A DNA stretch of 64,000 nucleotides from a virus, in the IMG/VR virus record IMGVR_UViG_3300047476_001246. The stretch is one strand, 5' to 3'. The position numbers and the translations under genes were made by a program. The notes under the pieces were generated by a model. The model saw only the letters and a program-made list of their open reading frames with translations. It made no database searches and was not told where the DNA came from. This document shows positions 38,125 to 48,939 of this stretch, piece by piece. Positions within the stretch are counted from its first letter, which is position 1; every line of letters starts with the position of its first letter.

Positions 38125-38547
38125 TTATTTTGCCGTTTCGTTTGCTTGTTTTACCAAACCCCATGAACCGTCTTTGTTATCAATCCATTCTAACACATCA
38201 CCTTCCCGCCAACCTACTTGGTTGAGCATTTCGTCTGTGAAAGGCAATATGAGATCGCCGGTGGCTGGATCTTCTTCAAGAGTCACGGTGTATGTTTTGC
38301 AAAAAGGTTTTACTTCAACTACGTTGGCAATTTTGAAACTGCGCCATTCGTTTTTATCTGTACACCAGACACTCAAGTTATCCAGATTGATTTTTTTCTG
38401 TTTGGTGTCATTGGATTCTGCTACCAACTTGGGCAACAAGTCGGCCTTGAGTGTGCAAGGCATATGTCGCAGTTCGCCGTTTACTTTGGTAAAAGTGACC
38501 GTACAAATGCCTTGCTCCAGCATTGAGACTATTTCATCTCGGGTCAT
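38125..38547 (-). CDS. WYL-like/SH3-fold protein fused to an AbrB-like domain
   Basis: VTFTKVNGELRHMPCTL...WRSF; LILPFTDEML..VGWREGDVLEW. Confidence 0.65.
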   Translation of the reverse strand: MTRDEIVSMLEQGICTVTFTKVNGELRHMPCTLKADLLPKLVAESNDTKQKKINLDNLSVWCTDKNEWRSFKIANVVEVKPFCKTYTVTLEEDPATGDLILPFTDEMLNQVGWREGDVLEWIDNKDGSWGLVKQANETAK

Positions 38548-38712
38548 TCTTCTTTGTCTCCGCGATTCTTTGCAGATTTAGATCTACTGTTTTTAGCTTC
38601 TGCTTGTGCCATTTCGCGGATATAATGACGTTCACGATCTTTGTTGAACATCAAAATTGCTGTTGCTTTTTCTGCTTTCTTTACTCGTACCGCTCGCGGA
38701 TCGTATCCCATT

Positions 38713-39129
38713 TTAGTTCTCCTTAGTAATTTCTAATGGCCCAAATAGCCATGCTTCTGTTTCGGTATTAGACCAACCATTTGATTCTAATCCTGAATAA
38801 GAATCTTCTTCCCATAGTGCTTCAACCTGGGCTTGATCTTCCTCGCTCATTTCTGGATCCCATTCCCAGTCCATGTAGCAACCATCATCCATACTGTCTA
38901 GTTCGGCACCATTCTCAGCATTGTCGCTGAAATAGTCGTACATGTTAATACCATCAGGATTGTCAGGATCAATGTCCTCGGGCGGTTCATCGTCGTTGGT
39001 TTCTACAGTAAATGTGCCCCAACGATAACCATTAATACGAACAATGCTCCAACCATTTTCCTCGTGATACCACTGTTCACGCTCTTCACACATTTTCTTT
39101 TGTGTAGTACTGACTTTCCAAACAGCCAT
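38713..39129 (-). CDS. Acidic hypothetical protein
   Basis: ORF track. Confidence 0.65.
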   Translation of the reverse strand: MAVWKVSTTQKKMCEEREQWYHEENGWSIVRINGYRWGTFTVETNDDEPPEDIDPDNPDGINMYDYFSDNAENGAELDSMDDGCYMDWEWDPEMSEEDQAQVEALWEEDSYSGLESNGWSNTETEAWLFGPLEITKEN

Positions 39130-39377
39130 TTTAGTTTCCTTTCAGTTCCTTGAGTACCATTTCTTTAGCACGATTGTCGAGTTCTTTATTTTCTGCGTCA
39201 ATGATATATGTGGTTATATCTGAAACAAACTCGTATATGGCCAGTTTACCTTCCTCGGTCCAATGACTGTATTGTCGCCCCATGCCGCTATTATAATAGT
39301 ATTTGCGGTCATTCATCAACTCTTTTATACCGCCATACATCAATTGTTTGATTGCTTGTTTTTCCATTCTAAATCCT

Positions 39378-40691
39378 TTAGATTTTTTCGCCTGGTACAA
39401 ATCCCCTAAACCTAAGGAAACGCGGAAACCTAAGCGAATAAGTACCGTCTTGATTCTGAGTAATAGCATCGGCCCTCACCTCAACAATTTGATCAATGAC
39501 ACTATCACGATCGCGCCAAAACTGATCTCGATCAGCATCGCTAAAGCCACTACCAACATTGACGGTAATGTTTTTCCCGTCGTCTGATCCGGAGCAAACA
39601 AGAGCTCCAAGTCGTCCCACGTTTCTTCCAGTACCCTCTTCAAGTGTTTGAACATTTAAGCTCACCTCAATGAAAGGTTTAAGTTTAAGCCAGCTGACAG
39701 TACGCTTGCATTCGTAAGGAGCGTCCGGATCCTTAATCATAATGCCTTCATAACCACCGGCAATAGCTTGTGCATTAATTTCTTTAAATCGTTGCTGTCC
39801 TTTATCCGTATCAAGATCGACAAGTTCTTGTCCAACAACTCGCACATTAGGCAGTGCTGCTTGATTTTGCAGATACCAAATGTTCAATGTAGTGCTACGA
39901 TCCTTCTGTGACATTGTACAACGACCTAGATTAAATTCATCTAGTGTAATCATATCAAACAAATTAAGTACAGCATCGTCGGTGACTACATTTTCTTTCC
40001 TATGCACCTGTTTCATTAAGTCCTGGAAAGAACTTGACATTACTTCACCGTCAAGAACCATTGGCTCATGAAATCCATGCGACACTCGCGCAAGTTGGGC
40101 TCGGATAGTATCGAAGTTGAGCAACTCCTTGCCGTTTCGGCTAAATTGAAGAACACGACCATCTGGATACACAATAGTGATAACACGCACACCGTCGAGC
40201 TTGACTTCCACCAATTTTTTACCGGTAAGCTTTCCTTCGTGATTAGTACTATCGTGAGCAAGCTGACAACCGAAAGTAGGTATAACGTAATGATCATTGA
40301 TTTTCTCCACTACTTTGTTAACGGTTTTTTCACTGACACCACAGCGAAGATCTTTAATTAGGATGCGACGGTACCACAGGTTCCATTGTTCACCTGTGGC
40401 TTCGGACATCATCTCTGCAACGGTATCCCTAGCTGCATTGCCGGTGAGTGTACGATCAACCAAACGCTCAACAATATCACTAAAAGTATCCCAAGATAAG
40501 CCAGGGCCATCCGCATCCGTTTTCTCCGGTATTTGTTTAAGGCCAAAAGTGACCATGCTGTCTAATGCAAGGCGACATCCAGCAAAGAATATATCATTGC
40601 CTTGTACAGCAGCGACTTTGACAACGGCTTCTTTAACAAGGCGGCTGTCGTTGCTTTCTAGTTCTTGAACGACTTCCCATGGATTACGCAT
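39378..40691 (-). CDS. ATP-dependent DNA ligase
   Basis: EVKLDGVR, LDGEV, EGIMIK, WLKLKP, SLRFPRF; start MRNPW. Confidence 0.95.
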   Translation of the reverse strand: MRNPWEVVQELESNDSRLVKEAVVKVAAVQGNDIFFAGCRLALDSMVTFGLKQIPEKTDADGPGLSWDTFSDIVERLVDRTLTGNAARDTVAEMMSEATGEQWNLWYRRILIKDLRCGVSEKTVNKVVEKINDHYVIPTFGCQLAHDSTNHEGKLTGKKLVEVKLDGVRVITIVYPDGRVLQFSRNGKELLNFDTIRAQLARVSHGFHEPMVLDGEVMSSSFQDLMKQVHRKENVVTDDAVLNLFDMITLDEFNLGRCTMSQKDRSTTLNIWYLQNQAALPNVRVVGQELVDLDTDKGQQRFKEINAQAIAGGYEGIMIKDPDAPYECKRTVSWLKLKPFIEVSLNVQTLEEGTGRNVGRLGALVCSGSDDGKNITVNVGSGFSDADRDQFWRDRDSVIDQIVEVRADAITQNQDGTYSLRFPRFLRFRGFVPGEKI

Positions 40692-41091
40692 TTTGCAGCT
40701 CCTGAATATGACGGCAAGATTTACGGAATTGGAAACCTGCACAAGTGCAAGCCCAATTATTTCGTGTACGAATAACAGTGTACTTGGATCCTCGTGATCC
40801 GTCAACCAACCAAGTTTCCGTATCTTCTTTTACCGCTTCGCGAACAGCACTACGTCCATCCGCATATTCCAAATTGGTAATACGGTGCAACGGGATTTCT
40901 CTAATACGGACCGGACTGTCAAAGTCTGTTATGATTCTAACAAAATCAGGAGGAGTGAATCGTGTTGCTTTTTCAACAACACCAGTGATTGTTGTTTTGT
41001 TAACAGGTGGGCTTCCTATAACATAGCTAGGAAACTCAAAAGTAATAGCAATTTTGCAACCTGGATCTGGTATAGAGAATTGTGTATTCAT
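40684..41091 (-). CDS. SWIM zinc-finger protein
   Basis: CTCAGFQFRKSCRH. Confidence 0.8.
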   Translation of the reverse strand: MNTQFSIPDPGCKIAITFEFPSYVIGSPPVNKTTITGVVEKATRFTPPDFVRIITDFDSPVRIREIPLHRITNLEYADGRSAVREAVKEDTETWLVDGSRGSKYTVIRTRNNWACTCAGFQFRKSCRHIQELQNA

Positions 41092-41153
41092 GCCATTATT
41101 ATAGCAAAATGGATGATTATTGTCAATGGTTGTTAGTTTAGCAACTAAAACTT

Positions 41154-42248
41154 TTATACTATATCAGAATAAAAATCTTTGCTAACATCAGCAAAGCACC
41201 CGATTACAAATCGTGGCTCTGAACTTTGATTTACTACAGCATGAGTAAAATGTTGATTATTCACTACCACAATCTGATCAATCAATGGAACCAACCCAAC
41301 TGAGTTAATCTTAAAGAAATGATCCGGTGACGGATTTAGTGAAAAATACAATTGGGCGCACCCTTGGGGAAGTGATTCTTTACGTGCATCAATATGCGGA
41401 GCAATGAAACTGTGCGGCGGCATTATTGATACAAAACTGTGATATATAGTGTCTGTGGGCAGTTGTTGGTAAAGATCAAACAACAACGGTAATCTATCTT
41501 TATCAAGGGAAAAATCATCCAAACTATTAGTTTGATCTTTTTTTGGTATGTAAGGATAAATGGTTCGCCAATTTAATTTTGAATCAAAATTTGTACCTAG
41601 ATCGTCTTGATTGTATCCAAATTGAAAAGGTTTAATAAATTCTTCGTTTATTAGGTATTCGTAATTGTTTTTTAATTCTTGGTGCAAGGCTTGAGCATCA
41701 AATTTAAAATTTAATACATAGTACGGAACACTGTTATTTGCATATAGACTATCTTTATCTATTTTGTTATGAACATAAAAGTCAAAGTTGTACTTGTAAA
41801 AATCTTGAACTAGTTTGGGATACTGAGGGTCAACGTCTATAGATTCTGGATATCGAATATCATATTTTTCAAAGAGATTGGTACCCAATTCTCCTTTTTT
41901 AAATTTTTCTCCGGCGACACTTATTAATAAACTCAACGGATTAGAAATTGGTATGTGCCAAATTAAGTTTTGTTCCCATAACTCTGTACACGGTTGAATT
42001 TTTTGATTGTCTTTTTCTACCCAACTCAAAAACAAAAATTGTCTGATAGATACTTTATCAATGAACAGATTTTCTATAATGATTTTTGATGTGCCCAATG
42101 ATTTTACGGAAAGCATGGCCAAGCCAAAAAAATCCAAATCAGCAGTTATTTTGTTATCAATGATATCAAATCTAATAGGAGTGCGATTTAGTAAAACTTC
42201 AACGTCAAGCTCATTGGTTGGCGATACCAATATTTCTAGTTTAGCCAT
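41154..42248 (-). CDS. 2OG-Fe(II) oxygenase (Asp/Asn beta-hydroxylase-like C-terminal domain)
   Basis: IAPHID...HAVVN.S..PR. Confidence 0.7.
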   Translation of the reverse strand: MAKLEILVSPTNELDVEVLLNRTPIRFDIIDNKITADLDFFGLAMLSVKSLGTSKIIIENLFIDKVSIRQFLFLSWVEKDNQKIQPCTELWEQNLIWHIPISNPLSLLISVAGEKFKKGELGTNLFEKYDIRYPESIDVDPQYPKLVQDFYKYNFDFYVHNKIDKDSLYANNSVPYYVLNFKFDAQALHQELKNNYEYLINEEFIKPFQFGYNQDDLGTNFDSKLNWRTIYPYIPKKDQTNSLDDFSLDKDRLPLLFDLYQQLPTDTIYHSFVSIMPPHSFIAPHIDARKESLPQGCAQLYFSLNPSPDHFFKINSVGLVPLIDQIVVVNNQHFTHAVVNQSSEPRFVIGCFADVSKDFYSDIV

Positions 42249-42282
42249 ATGTAGAGGTGTGATTTTAAAAATTTAGAATTTA

Positions 42283-42687
42283 TTAGTCAACCCAATATGC
42301 ATCACGGAATGTGTGCAATTTTGGATCAATTTTCATTTTTTCATTCCATTTTCCGTAAAGAGGATGAAGTAAATGATTTGGTCTTTCGTTGCTGTCTGTT
42401 ATAAATTTGATATAATACCCGGTTGGTAATCCGTTGTACGGGCCGTCAGGGAGAGTCATATCTTCGTAGATCTCTTCAATGAACTGGAGTTTACCTTGGG
42501 CAAATAACGGAGCTTCAAATGCATCAATTTCTGCTAGATCTCTTTCCCATTCTTCACGCTGGTCGTCGGGTAGGAGCGATCCATACTCGCGCTCGTTTAG
42601 CATAAGAAAGTTGCCTTCACTAATCTGAAATATATGTTTTAAACAACACCAAGTATGCTCTGTCATAATACGGATTCCTATTTTCAA
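42283..42687 (-). CDS. Hypothetical protein
   Basis: ORF track. Confidence 0.55.
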   Translation of the reverse strand: MKIGIRIMTEHTWCCLKHIFQISEGNFLMLNEREYGSLLPDDQREEWERDLAEIDAFEAPLFAQGKLQFIEEIYEDMTLPDGPYNGLPTGYYIKFITDSNERPNHLLHPLYGKWNEKMKIDPKLHTFRDAYWVD

Positions 42688-42747
42688 GTATTTATTATTT
42701 AAAATAAAATATCTAAAAAAAAGTGGGCCATAATATGCCCACTTTAG

Positions 42748-43110
42748 CTATTGGTTAACAAGGCGCTACCCCCGTGGTCTAGTGCTGTTTAGGCTACTAG
42801 TGCAACTGCTGAGTCATTTGCAGCAACACGGCCCAAGAAGGCTGCTTTGCTCATTTTGACTTTTACAGTACCATTTTTTGTATTTGCGTTTGCATTTACG
42901 ATTTTGCTTGATTTACGGTCATCGCCTACCGTGTTGTCCATATCCTTACTTGTTGCCCAATCGAAACCTGGTCGAGCCCATCATAAAGAATATTACTGAA
43001 TTGTGTTGGATGGCGCCATCCGCAAAAACCTGTGCAATATTCTTTATGGTGGACCCGGGCGGAATCGAACCGCCGTCTTGAACACTTTTCATTCTACTTC
43101 ATACAACAAT
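42748..43110 (-). ncRNA. ssrA: Circularly permuted (two-piece) tmRNA
   Basis: Acceptor piece ...GGCGG-UUCGAUU-CCGCC-CGGGUCC-ACCA (ends 43047) precedes the coding piece GGGCUCGACCAGGUUUCGA (starts 42979); G3:U70; tag ORF 42893-42789 ending ANDSAVALVA. Confidence 0.92.
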
Positions 43111-43247
43111 TCTTTTAATCTTTATCTTGCTCTCGTATCCACTCGTAATAAACCAATCCCAGTGCTACAGCAATACTACCTACTAATAAAACACCTAGTA
43201 AAAATCCGATAATAAAGTATAGATAGTTTATCTCATCCACTAGATAT

Positions 43248-44255
43248 TTATTCAAACATGAACAGACCATTTGGATCTTTGTTTACCTTTGAAGACAACT
43301 CAATTCGCTTTTTAGCAAATTGCAAATAGTTGTCGTCTAGGTCGGTACCAATGCCCTGCATGTTGTTTTTGAGTGCAGCAACGATGGTGGTTCCTGTGCC
43401 AACAAACGGATCATACACACAACTGCCTTCGGGTATACCACTAAACTTGATGCACATGTCCGGCAGTTGCTCGGGGAAAGTTGCAGGATGTCCCCCACGA
43501 CTGCCTTCTCTGGTACCAGTGTCACTAACAGTCCCAACTTCTTTGGCCAGTTTTGATGTTGGGGTATAAGGAATATACCATGCATTACCTATACATTTTT
43601 TCTTGTCAGGATCATACGGATTCTTTTCTAGCAGGCCAGACAGTAAAACTTCGAATTTGTCTTTTTGTGCATCAGTGCCGTGCTCTTTAAGATCAAGCCA
43701 GTTTGTAAATCCCAACTTTCTAGATACCTTGCGTCTTTGAGTGGCAACATGTCTAGACTCAGAGTACAGCTCCGGATACTTGTATCCTTCAGATTTATTG
43801 CGTTGTCCTATTGCAAGACGATCAACTTTGACTTCGCCAGTCTTGGTAAAGTGAAAAATTGATTCTGTAGTAGCACTGGCAAATCTATCGCTGGCAATTG
43901 GCTTGTATTGTCCATAGCCTTGATCATTGACAGCAATATGTTTGACCCAGGTAAAGTTATTTTGCAAAACAAATACTTGACGGAATACTTGTGCAACATC
44001 CATTGCGATCCACGGATCGGTATTTGAATATCCCACATTAAGGAACAATTGGCCATCATCAGTCAACACTCGTTTCATGGCCACAGCAACATCATGCAAC
44101 CATTTTAGATAACTTTCTCTGGGCTGATCATCTTGATATGTTCCATATTTGATATCAAGATTGTATGGAGGACTTGTGATAATGCAGGGTATGGATTTTT
44201 CTGATTGTTCGTTCATCCATTGAACACAGTCAGAGTTGATCAGTTGGTAATTCAT
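43248..44255 (-). CDS. N4/N6 DNA methyltransferase (beta class)
   Basis: ITSPPY; HPATFP; DPFVGTGTT. Confidence 0.92.
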   Translation of the reverse strand: MNYQLINSDCVQWMNEQSEKSIPCIITSPPYNLDIKYGTYQDDQPRESYLKWLHDVAVAMKRVLTDDGQLFLNVGYSNTDPWIAMDVAQVFRQVFVLQNNFTWVKHIAVNDQGYGQYKPIASDRFASATTESIFHFTKTGEVKVDRLAIGQRNKSEGYKYPELYSESRHVATQRRKVSRKLGFTNWLDLKEHGTDAQKDKFEVLLSGLLEKNPYDPDKKKCIGNAWYIPYTPTSKLAKEVGTVSDTGTREGSRGGHPATFPEQLPDMCIKFSGIPEGSCVYDPFVGTGTTIVAALKNNMQGIGTDLDDNYLQFAKKRIELSSKVNKDPNGLFMFE

Positions 44256-44313
44256 CTTCTATCCTTTTTTCAGTTGAGCATTATTATGGCATTTACAGCG
44301 GTGTTAATAATGC

Positions 44314-45048
44314 TTATTGCAATGTATTTAACCATTCAATTATTTGTTCGCTATTTCCAACAAAAATATTGTCCTGTTGTGAAAAAACTCTACGAAGTTC
44401 GGGTATGTGGCTTTCAGCTTCCTGCCCGTCTAGTTGTGCTACAAAGATAATTGTTTTGTCATCAATTTTGGCACATTCTTCTAGCCAGTTTTGTGTCTCA
44501 AGAGTTTGATGCGACTGCCCACTTCCAGACACCTTTGAATATTTTTGAAAAAGTTTCACAGATCGACTGTTAACTACACCTACAGCATCAACACTGCGAG
44601 CCTTGATTTGTTTTCCGTTAAGACCCACGGCTTCTTTCTTTGAAACAATCTTGCCATTGAATGGAACTTCTTTTCCGTTGGCGATGTTCTCAAATGAGTT
44701 GTTGATGTATTTCTTTAAGGTTGCGGTTTGTACGCTTTCGTCGATACTTTGTCTAGTACTATCACGACAGTAATTGATCTGTAGCCACGGATCGGCTTTG
44801 AGGTACGCATCGGCTAATTTTTGAACAGCAGCAAAGTCAATATCGTGTTTGTTTTTAAATCCGTAATATTCGTAATTTTTTTCTAAACGACTACGAATCG
44901 TTGGGATTATTTTGTGCTTTTGATCTCCGTTGACAATTTTTTGCCAACCTTTACGATCTTCTTCAAGATTAGAAATGTTGGTTGCTTGCCGACTTTTATC
45001 AATATTGTCCGCACCGTTTTTTGATTCAACTATAATAACTTTGGACAT
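44314..45048 (-). CDS. Hypothetical protein, possible restriction endonuclease partner
   Basis: Directly upstream of the MTase; possible D...QK nuclease-like pattern (weak). Confidence 0.45.
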   Translation of the reverse strand: MSKVIIVESKNGADNIDKSRQATNISNLEEDRKGWQKIVNGDQKHKIIPTIRSRLEKNYEYYGFKNKHDIDFAAVQKLADAYLKADPWLQINYCRDSTRQSIDESVQTATLKKYINNSFENIANGKEVPFNGKIVSKKEAVGLNGKQIKARSVDAVGVVNSRSVKLFQKYSKVSGSGQSHQTLETQNWLEECAKIDDKTIIFVAQLDGQEAESHIPELRRVFSQQDNIFVGNSEQIIEWLNTLQ

Positions 45049-45106
45049 TTGCTATCCTTTATTAAAAAAGCCCGCCGAAGCGGGCTTGTGTGTTGCAGTC
45101 AAACAA

Positions 45107-45430
45107 TTAAGCAGGTTGTGCTGTCTTTGCACGAGCCTTGATGTCTTCCATGCTAGGCTTGGTGCTTTTGACTTTGACAGTGCCAGCAGCATTGTACTTG
45201 GCATCCGCTGCATCGATTGCCGCAGCATACTCAGGATTCTTATAAAGATCCGTAGTCTTGAGATGAGTGACCAGCTCGCCTTTGGTCATTGCGCGAGGCA
45301 GTTCGACCAAGTTGATATCAGTGTCAGTCTTAGCAAGAATCTTGACACGGGTCATGTCACCAGCAAAGCGAACCTTGTACTGGCCTTTAGTTTTAGAAAC
45401 ACCACCTACGTTAAAAGTTTTGTCAGTCAT
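45107..45430 (-). CDS. Hypothetical basic protein
   Basis: GGAG RBS; terminator at 45064-45087. Confidence 0.7.
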   Translation of the reverse strand: MTDKTFNVGGVSKTKGQYKVRFAGDMTRVKILAKTDTDINLVELPRAMTKGELVTHLKTTDLYKNPEYAAAIDAADAKYNAAGTVKVKSTKPSMEDIKARAKTAQPA

Positions 45431-45667
45431 TTTATACTCTCCACAAGTAAAGTTGAAATTAGGTTATTAACTAACCATACCACTATTATATTGCCTTTCG
45501 AATTACAGGTCAACCTGTTTTTGGTCGGCAATTTAACCAAAATCATTTACTCAGTTCGGACGCGGTTTCTTTGGTTTTAACCACGGCCTTGTCCAGCATA
45601 CGGGCAATGCCCGTAAATCCAACAGTTGCTACAATAATACCAAAAATGGTTCCGTAAACAAAGGTTC

Positions 45668-46087
45668 TCATTCGGCTCTCTCCGCTTCTATAGATTCAAT
45701 CGCTTGACCGAGATCCTGCCATGAACGACCTTGACTGTAAATCCAGTGTTTATCAGTCCACAGGTAGAAGTATTCCGAATCGCTGTACCAGTTTACAAAC
45801 TCGTCGCGGGTATCAAACACCCGCATTTCAACACCATCCTCGCCGCGGTCGCGTCCGTAATACTTGCACCAGTCACCGGTCACTTTGTCGTTGAAATTGT
45901 GCTTTTCGCCAATCTCCACACCCAGCGAGCTAAGGTCACCGTGCGACAACAGTTGGAAAATCTTGTCAGTGTTTTGATAATGCCTATACAGGATCTCACC
46001 ATTGTTCTCAATGTAGCCATCCCAATGACAGTAAATTGCCAGGATCTTGCCATCTTTTTCCATGCCAATTGCTGAGCGAGTTGCCAT
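45668..46087 (-). CDS. Phage hypothetical protein (MATRS.IG...YCHWDGY)
   Basis: Recognisable phage family motif; AGGAG RBS. Confidence 0.8.
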   Translation of the reverse strand: MATRSAIGMEKDGKILAIYCHWDGYIENNGEILYRHYQNTDKIFQLLSHGDLSSLGVEIGEKHNFNDKVTGDWCKYYGRDRGEDGVEMRVFDTRDEFVNWYSDSEYFYLWTDKHWIYSQGRSWQDLGQAIESIEAERAE

Positions 46088-47891
46088 TATTGCTCCTTAA
46101 GTTTATAAGGTTGGGTTAACACATGTAAACGGTCTGCACAGTCGCGAATGTCTTCACTGAGTTTGCCCTGTCCAATTTCTGTTTCTACGAGCCGGGCAAT
46201 GTCATGAAGTTGAATCACTGCTGCTGTCAAGTTATTGTCGTGATGTATATCGTTTACCATACCAATATTATAGCAAAATTAGGATTTTGGGTCAACCGTT
46301 TCTTTTGTTGCTTTTTTAGCAACTTTTCCGTACTTTTCGCACCACATGCAACGAGTGCTCACAGTACCGTAGAAATAATGCTTTACGTCAAACCAGCGAT
46401 TGTTGCAAACTTCGCAACAGAATTGTTGCATAGGAGGACCGTCTGGTCCATCGATGGCCTCCTGCTGTTGTGGCCCAAGTTCACCAGTGACCGGGCGGGC
46501 ATCCATTAGTTATAGCCCACTTCGTACTCTTCGGGCTCGAGCATGTCTGCTTCAAGTACAGCATCATGATAGGTAGTAGCACCTAGCAAGATATTCTGTC
46601 CATGAAAAAAGCAGGCCATATATGCACCACTGAGTGGATCGTATTCTACATCAATTAGAAAGTTAGACATGTGTGAACTCCTTATTGTAAACAAGATCAG
46701 ATTCTTGAAATGCTGCCACAATTTGTGTTTCAACAACATCGGCTCTGGTTGGATAGTCCCGAACCAGAATAGCCGCAAGTTCTGCAACACTGTGATTAGA
46801 CAGCATTGCTAATTCGTTAGCAAGAAGTTCTATTCGATTCATAGTTCATCCACATTGATGTCAGTAATATCTTTGGGTTTGGCTTGAGGGCGACCCCATG
46901 CACTTGCGCCTGCATCTGGTGAGCTCTTGCCGGTTGGTATTTGTTGAATTTCTCCACCGTTGGCTAGAAACTCTGCGATGGCCTTTTCGTATTCTGCTTT
47001 ATCCATTTACTGCCTCCCGTAATGTTCTGCATCCAAATCTGCTGCCACTTCAGCATAATTATATGGATCATCATCTATTTGGTCAAGTACATCTGTGACT
47101 TGTTTTACACTCAAACCTACACGATCTGCAATCGCTTGCAACGGCATACCGTTGAATTCCATTTCGCGAATTTCAATTTCTAGATTCTTAAAATATCCCA
47201 TGTTTAACCCCAATCTTTCTTGTCACCATACTGTTCATTGTATTCGTAGCCGGCTACATATTCGGCACGTTCTTGATCAGTTAAATCAGTAATAATGGGT
47301 TTGACTCCGGTACCGTTTGGGTACCAATGCGGCTGCTGCGGTCTGTTGTAATAACTGTCAGCACTGCCCCTATCCCACAAGCTACCATGACGCTCGCGTT
47401 CAAACTGCGGACCACGCAGCAATCGAATTACTCGTTCTTTTTCTGCTTGCATTGTATCCTCCGTAATCTTTATCATATCAATATTATAACAAACGGGGTC
47501 TTTATGGTCAATCACCAGAATCAATTTGGTAGCGATCGCCACATTCGGTGCATTTATATTCAGTGAGACAGCGTCCTGCTTTTTGACTGATATAATTGTG
47601 TTTGCAAGGATCACCTAACAGGTTGAGTGCCACTTGTCCGGTTGGACGACCAAACATGTATTGACCGCCACAATTAGTGCATTGCAGAGTATCGGTCTCG
47701 CGATCATATCCGGCAAGAACATTTTTATATTTGTAGTCACCAGCGGGACAACGACCCGAACCATTGCAAACAGGACAAGTTCCTTTACTCAACTAAAACT
47801 CCTTATTAATTACTATACCAATATTATAGCAAAATGGGGAATTTTGGTCAACCAAAACAAAATGTTGCAAAAAAGCAACACAAGTTGCAAT

Positions 47892-48290
47892 TTAAACAAC
47901 TACACCAAGTTTACGCAACTCTACAGCAAAGGTAGGTCTAATATGGGGTTCTACTTCAAGTATTTCACTTCCACCATTGTCCAATCGATCTGCGATGTCT
48001 TTGGCTTCTTTAAGACCCAGACGTCTACGGTCATAGGTGCGAATACACTTGATCAGTGCCACTTTGTTTTGTACCGAACTCATAAACGGATTCTTGACAT
48101 TAAGCTTGTCCAAGCGATAGTTGCCAGTCAGCATGGCCATGAACACTTCGCCTTTGAGGTCAGGATCAATAGTGTCTGCAATAGCAGCCCAAAGTTCCTG
48201 ACCTTTTTCGGCACCGTAGATTTCGGCCACAGTCTGCATGAAACCGATGCTGGCATCTACAAGAACTTGTTTGTGTTTCTCTGGTATCAT
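47892..48290 (-). CDS. Protein with ribosomal protein L7/L12 C-terminal-like domain
   Basis: NKVALIKCIR...LGLKEAKDIAD resembles KVxVIKxVR..GLGLKEAKDLVE. Confidence 0.6.
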   Translation of the reverse strand: MIPEKHKQVLVDASIGFMQTVAEIYGAEKGQELWAAIADTIDPDLKGEVFMAMLTGNYRLDKLNVKNPFMSSVQNKVALIKCIRTYDRRRLGLKEAKDIADRLDNGGSEILEVEPHIRPTFAVELRKLGVVV

Positions 48291-48721
48291 TAGAAATTCA
48301 GTTGTAGTCGACCGTTGGCAATATCCAGCAGAACGGCATATCGTTGACGAATACGCCAGTCAGTTTTGGGAAGGTCGTAATCGTAGATATCCACATGATG
48401 CGTTTTTTTAGCTTTGGTTTTGAGACTGGTGATTTCCCAACGACTCCAGCCATCGTCCTCGAAGTTATAAGCACCCGTGGTAGTTTTTAGTTTGAAACGC
48501 CGATCAAGATCATGCTGGGTATCTGCACCGATAGCAAGGCATTCGAATCCCTTAACGATTTCCATGTTGGCCAGTTTGCGCTGCTTGGCTTGCTCGCGAT
48601 CAATCTTGCCACCAATGGCCACAAGGTCGCGACCGCTTAGTCCCATAAGTTGAGCATAGGCAACAAACTGAGCCAGTTGCTCTTGTTTGTCCTTGCTGAA
48701 TCTTTTTAGATCAAAACTCAT
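48290..48721 (-). CDS. Hypothetical protein
   Basis: ORF track. Confidence 0.65.
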   Translation of the reverse strand: MSFDLKRFSKDKQEQLAQFVAYAQLMGLSGRDLVAIGGKIDREQAKQRKLANMEIVKGFECLAIGADTQHDLDRRFKLKTTTGAYNFEDDGWSRWEITSLKTKAKKTHHVDIYDYDLPKTDWRIRQRYAVLLDIANGRLQLNF

Positions 48722-48939
48722 GATAATTCCTATAATCTTTTCGCTTGCTTTTTACAGCAATCTGTTCAAAGTTGGTCCAATCGCAATATGCATATATATG
48801 CCCGCGAGATTGTCCACGCTGCAAGGTTTCAAAAACATACTGTTTGTTGTTTCGTGTGACGCGAGCCTTGGCACTGGACTCTAGTTTGTACCAGCCCACT
48901 GCTTGATTGTTTTCCACACTGTAAACAACAAAACCCATA

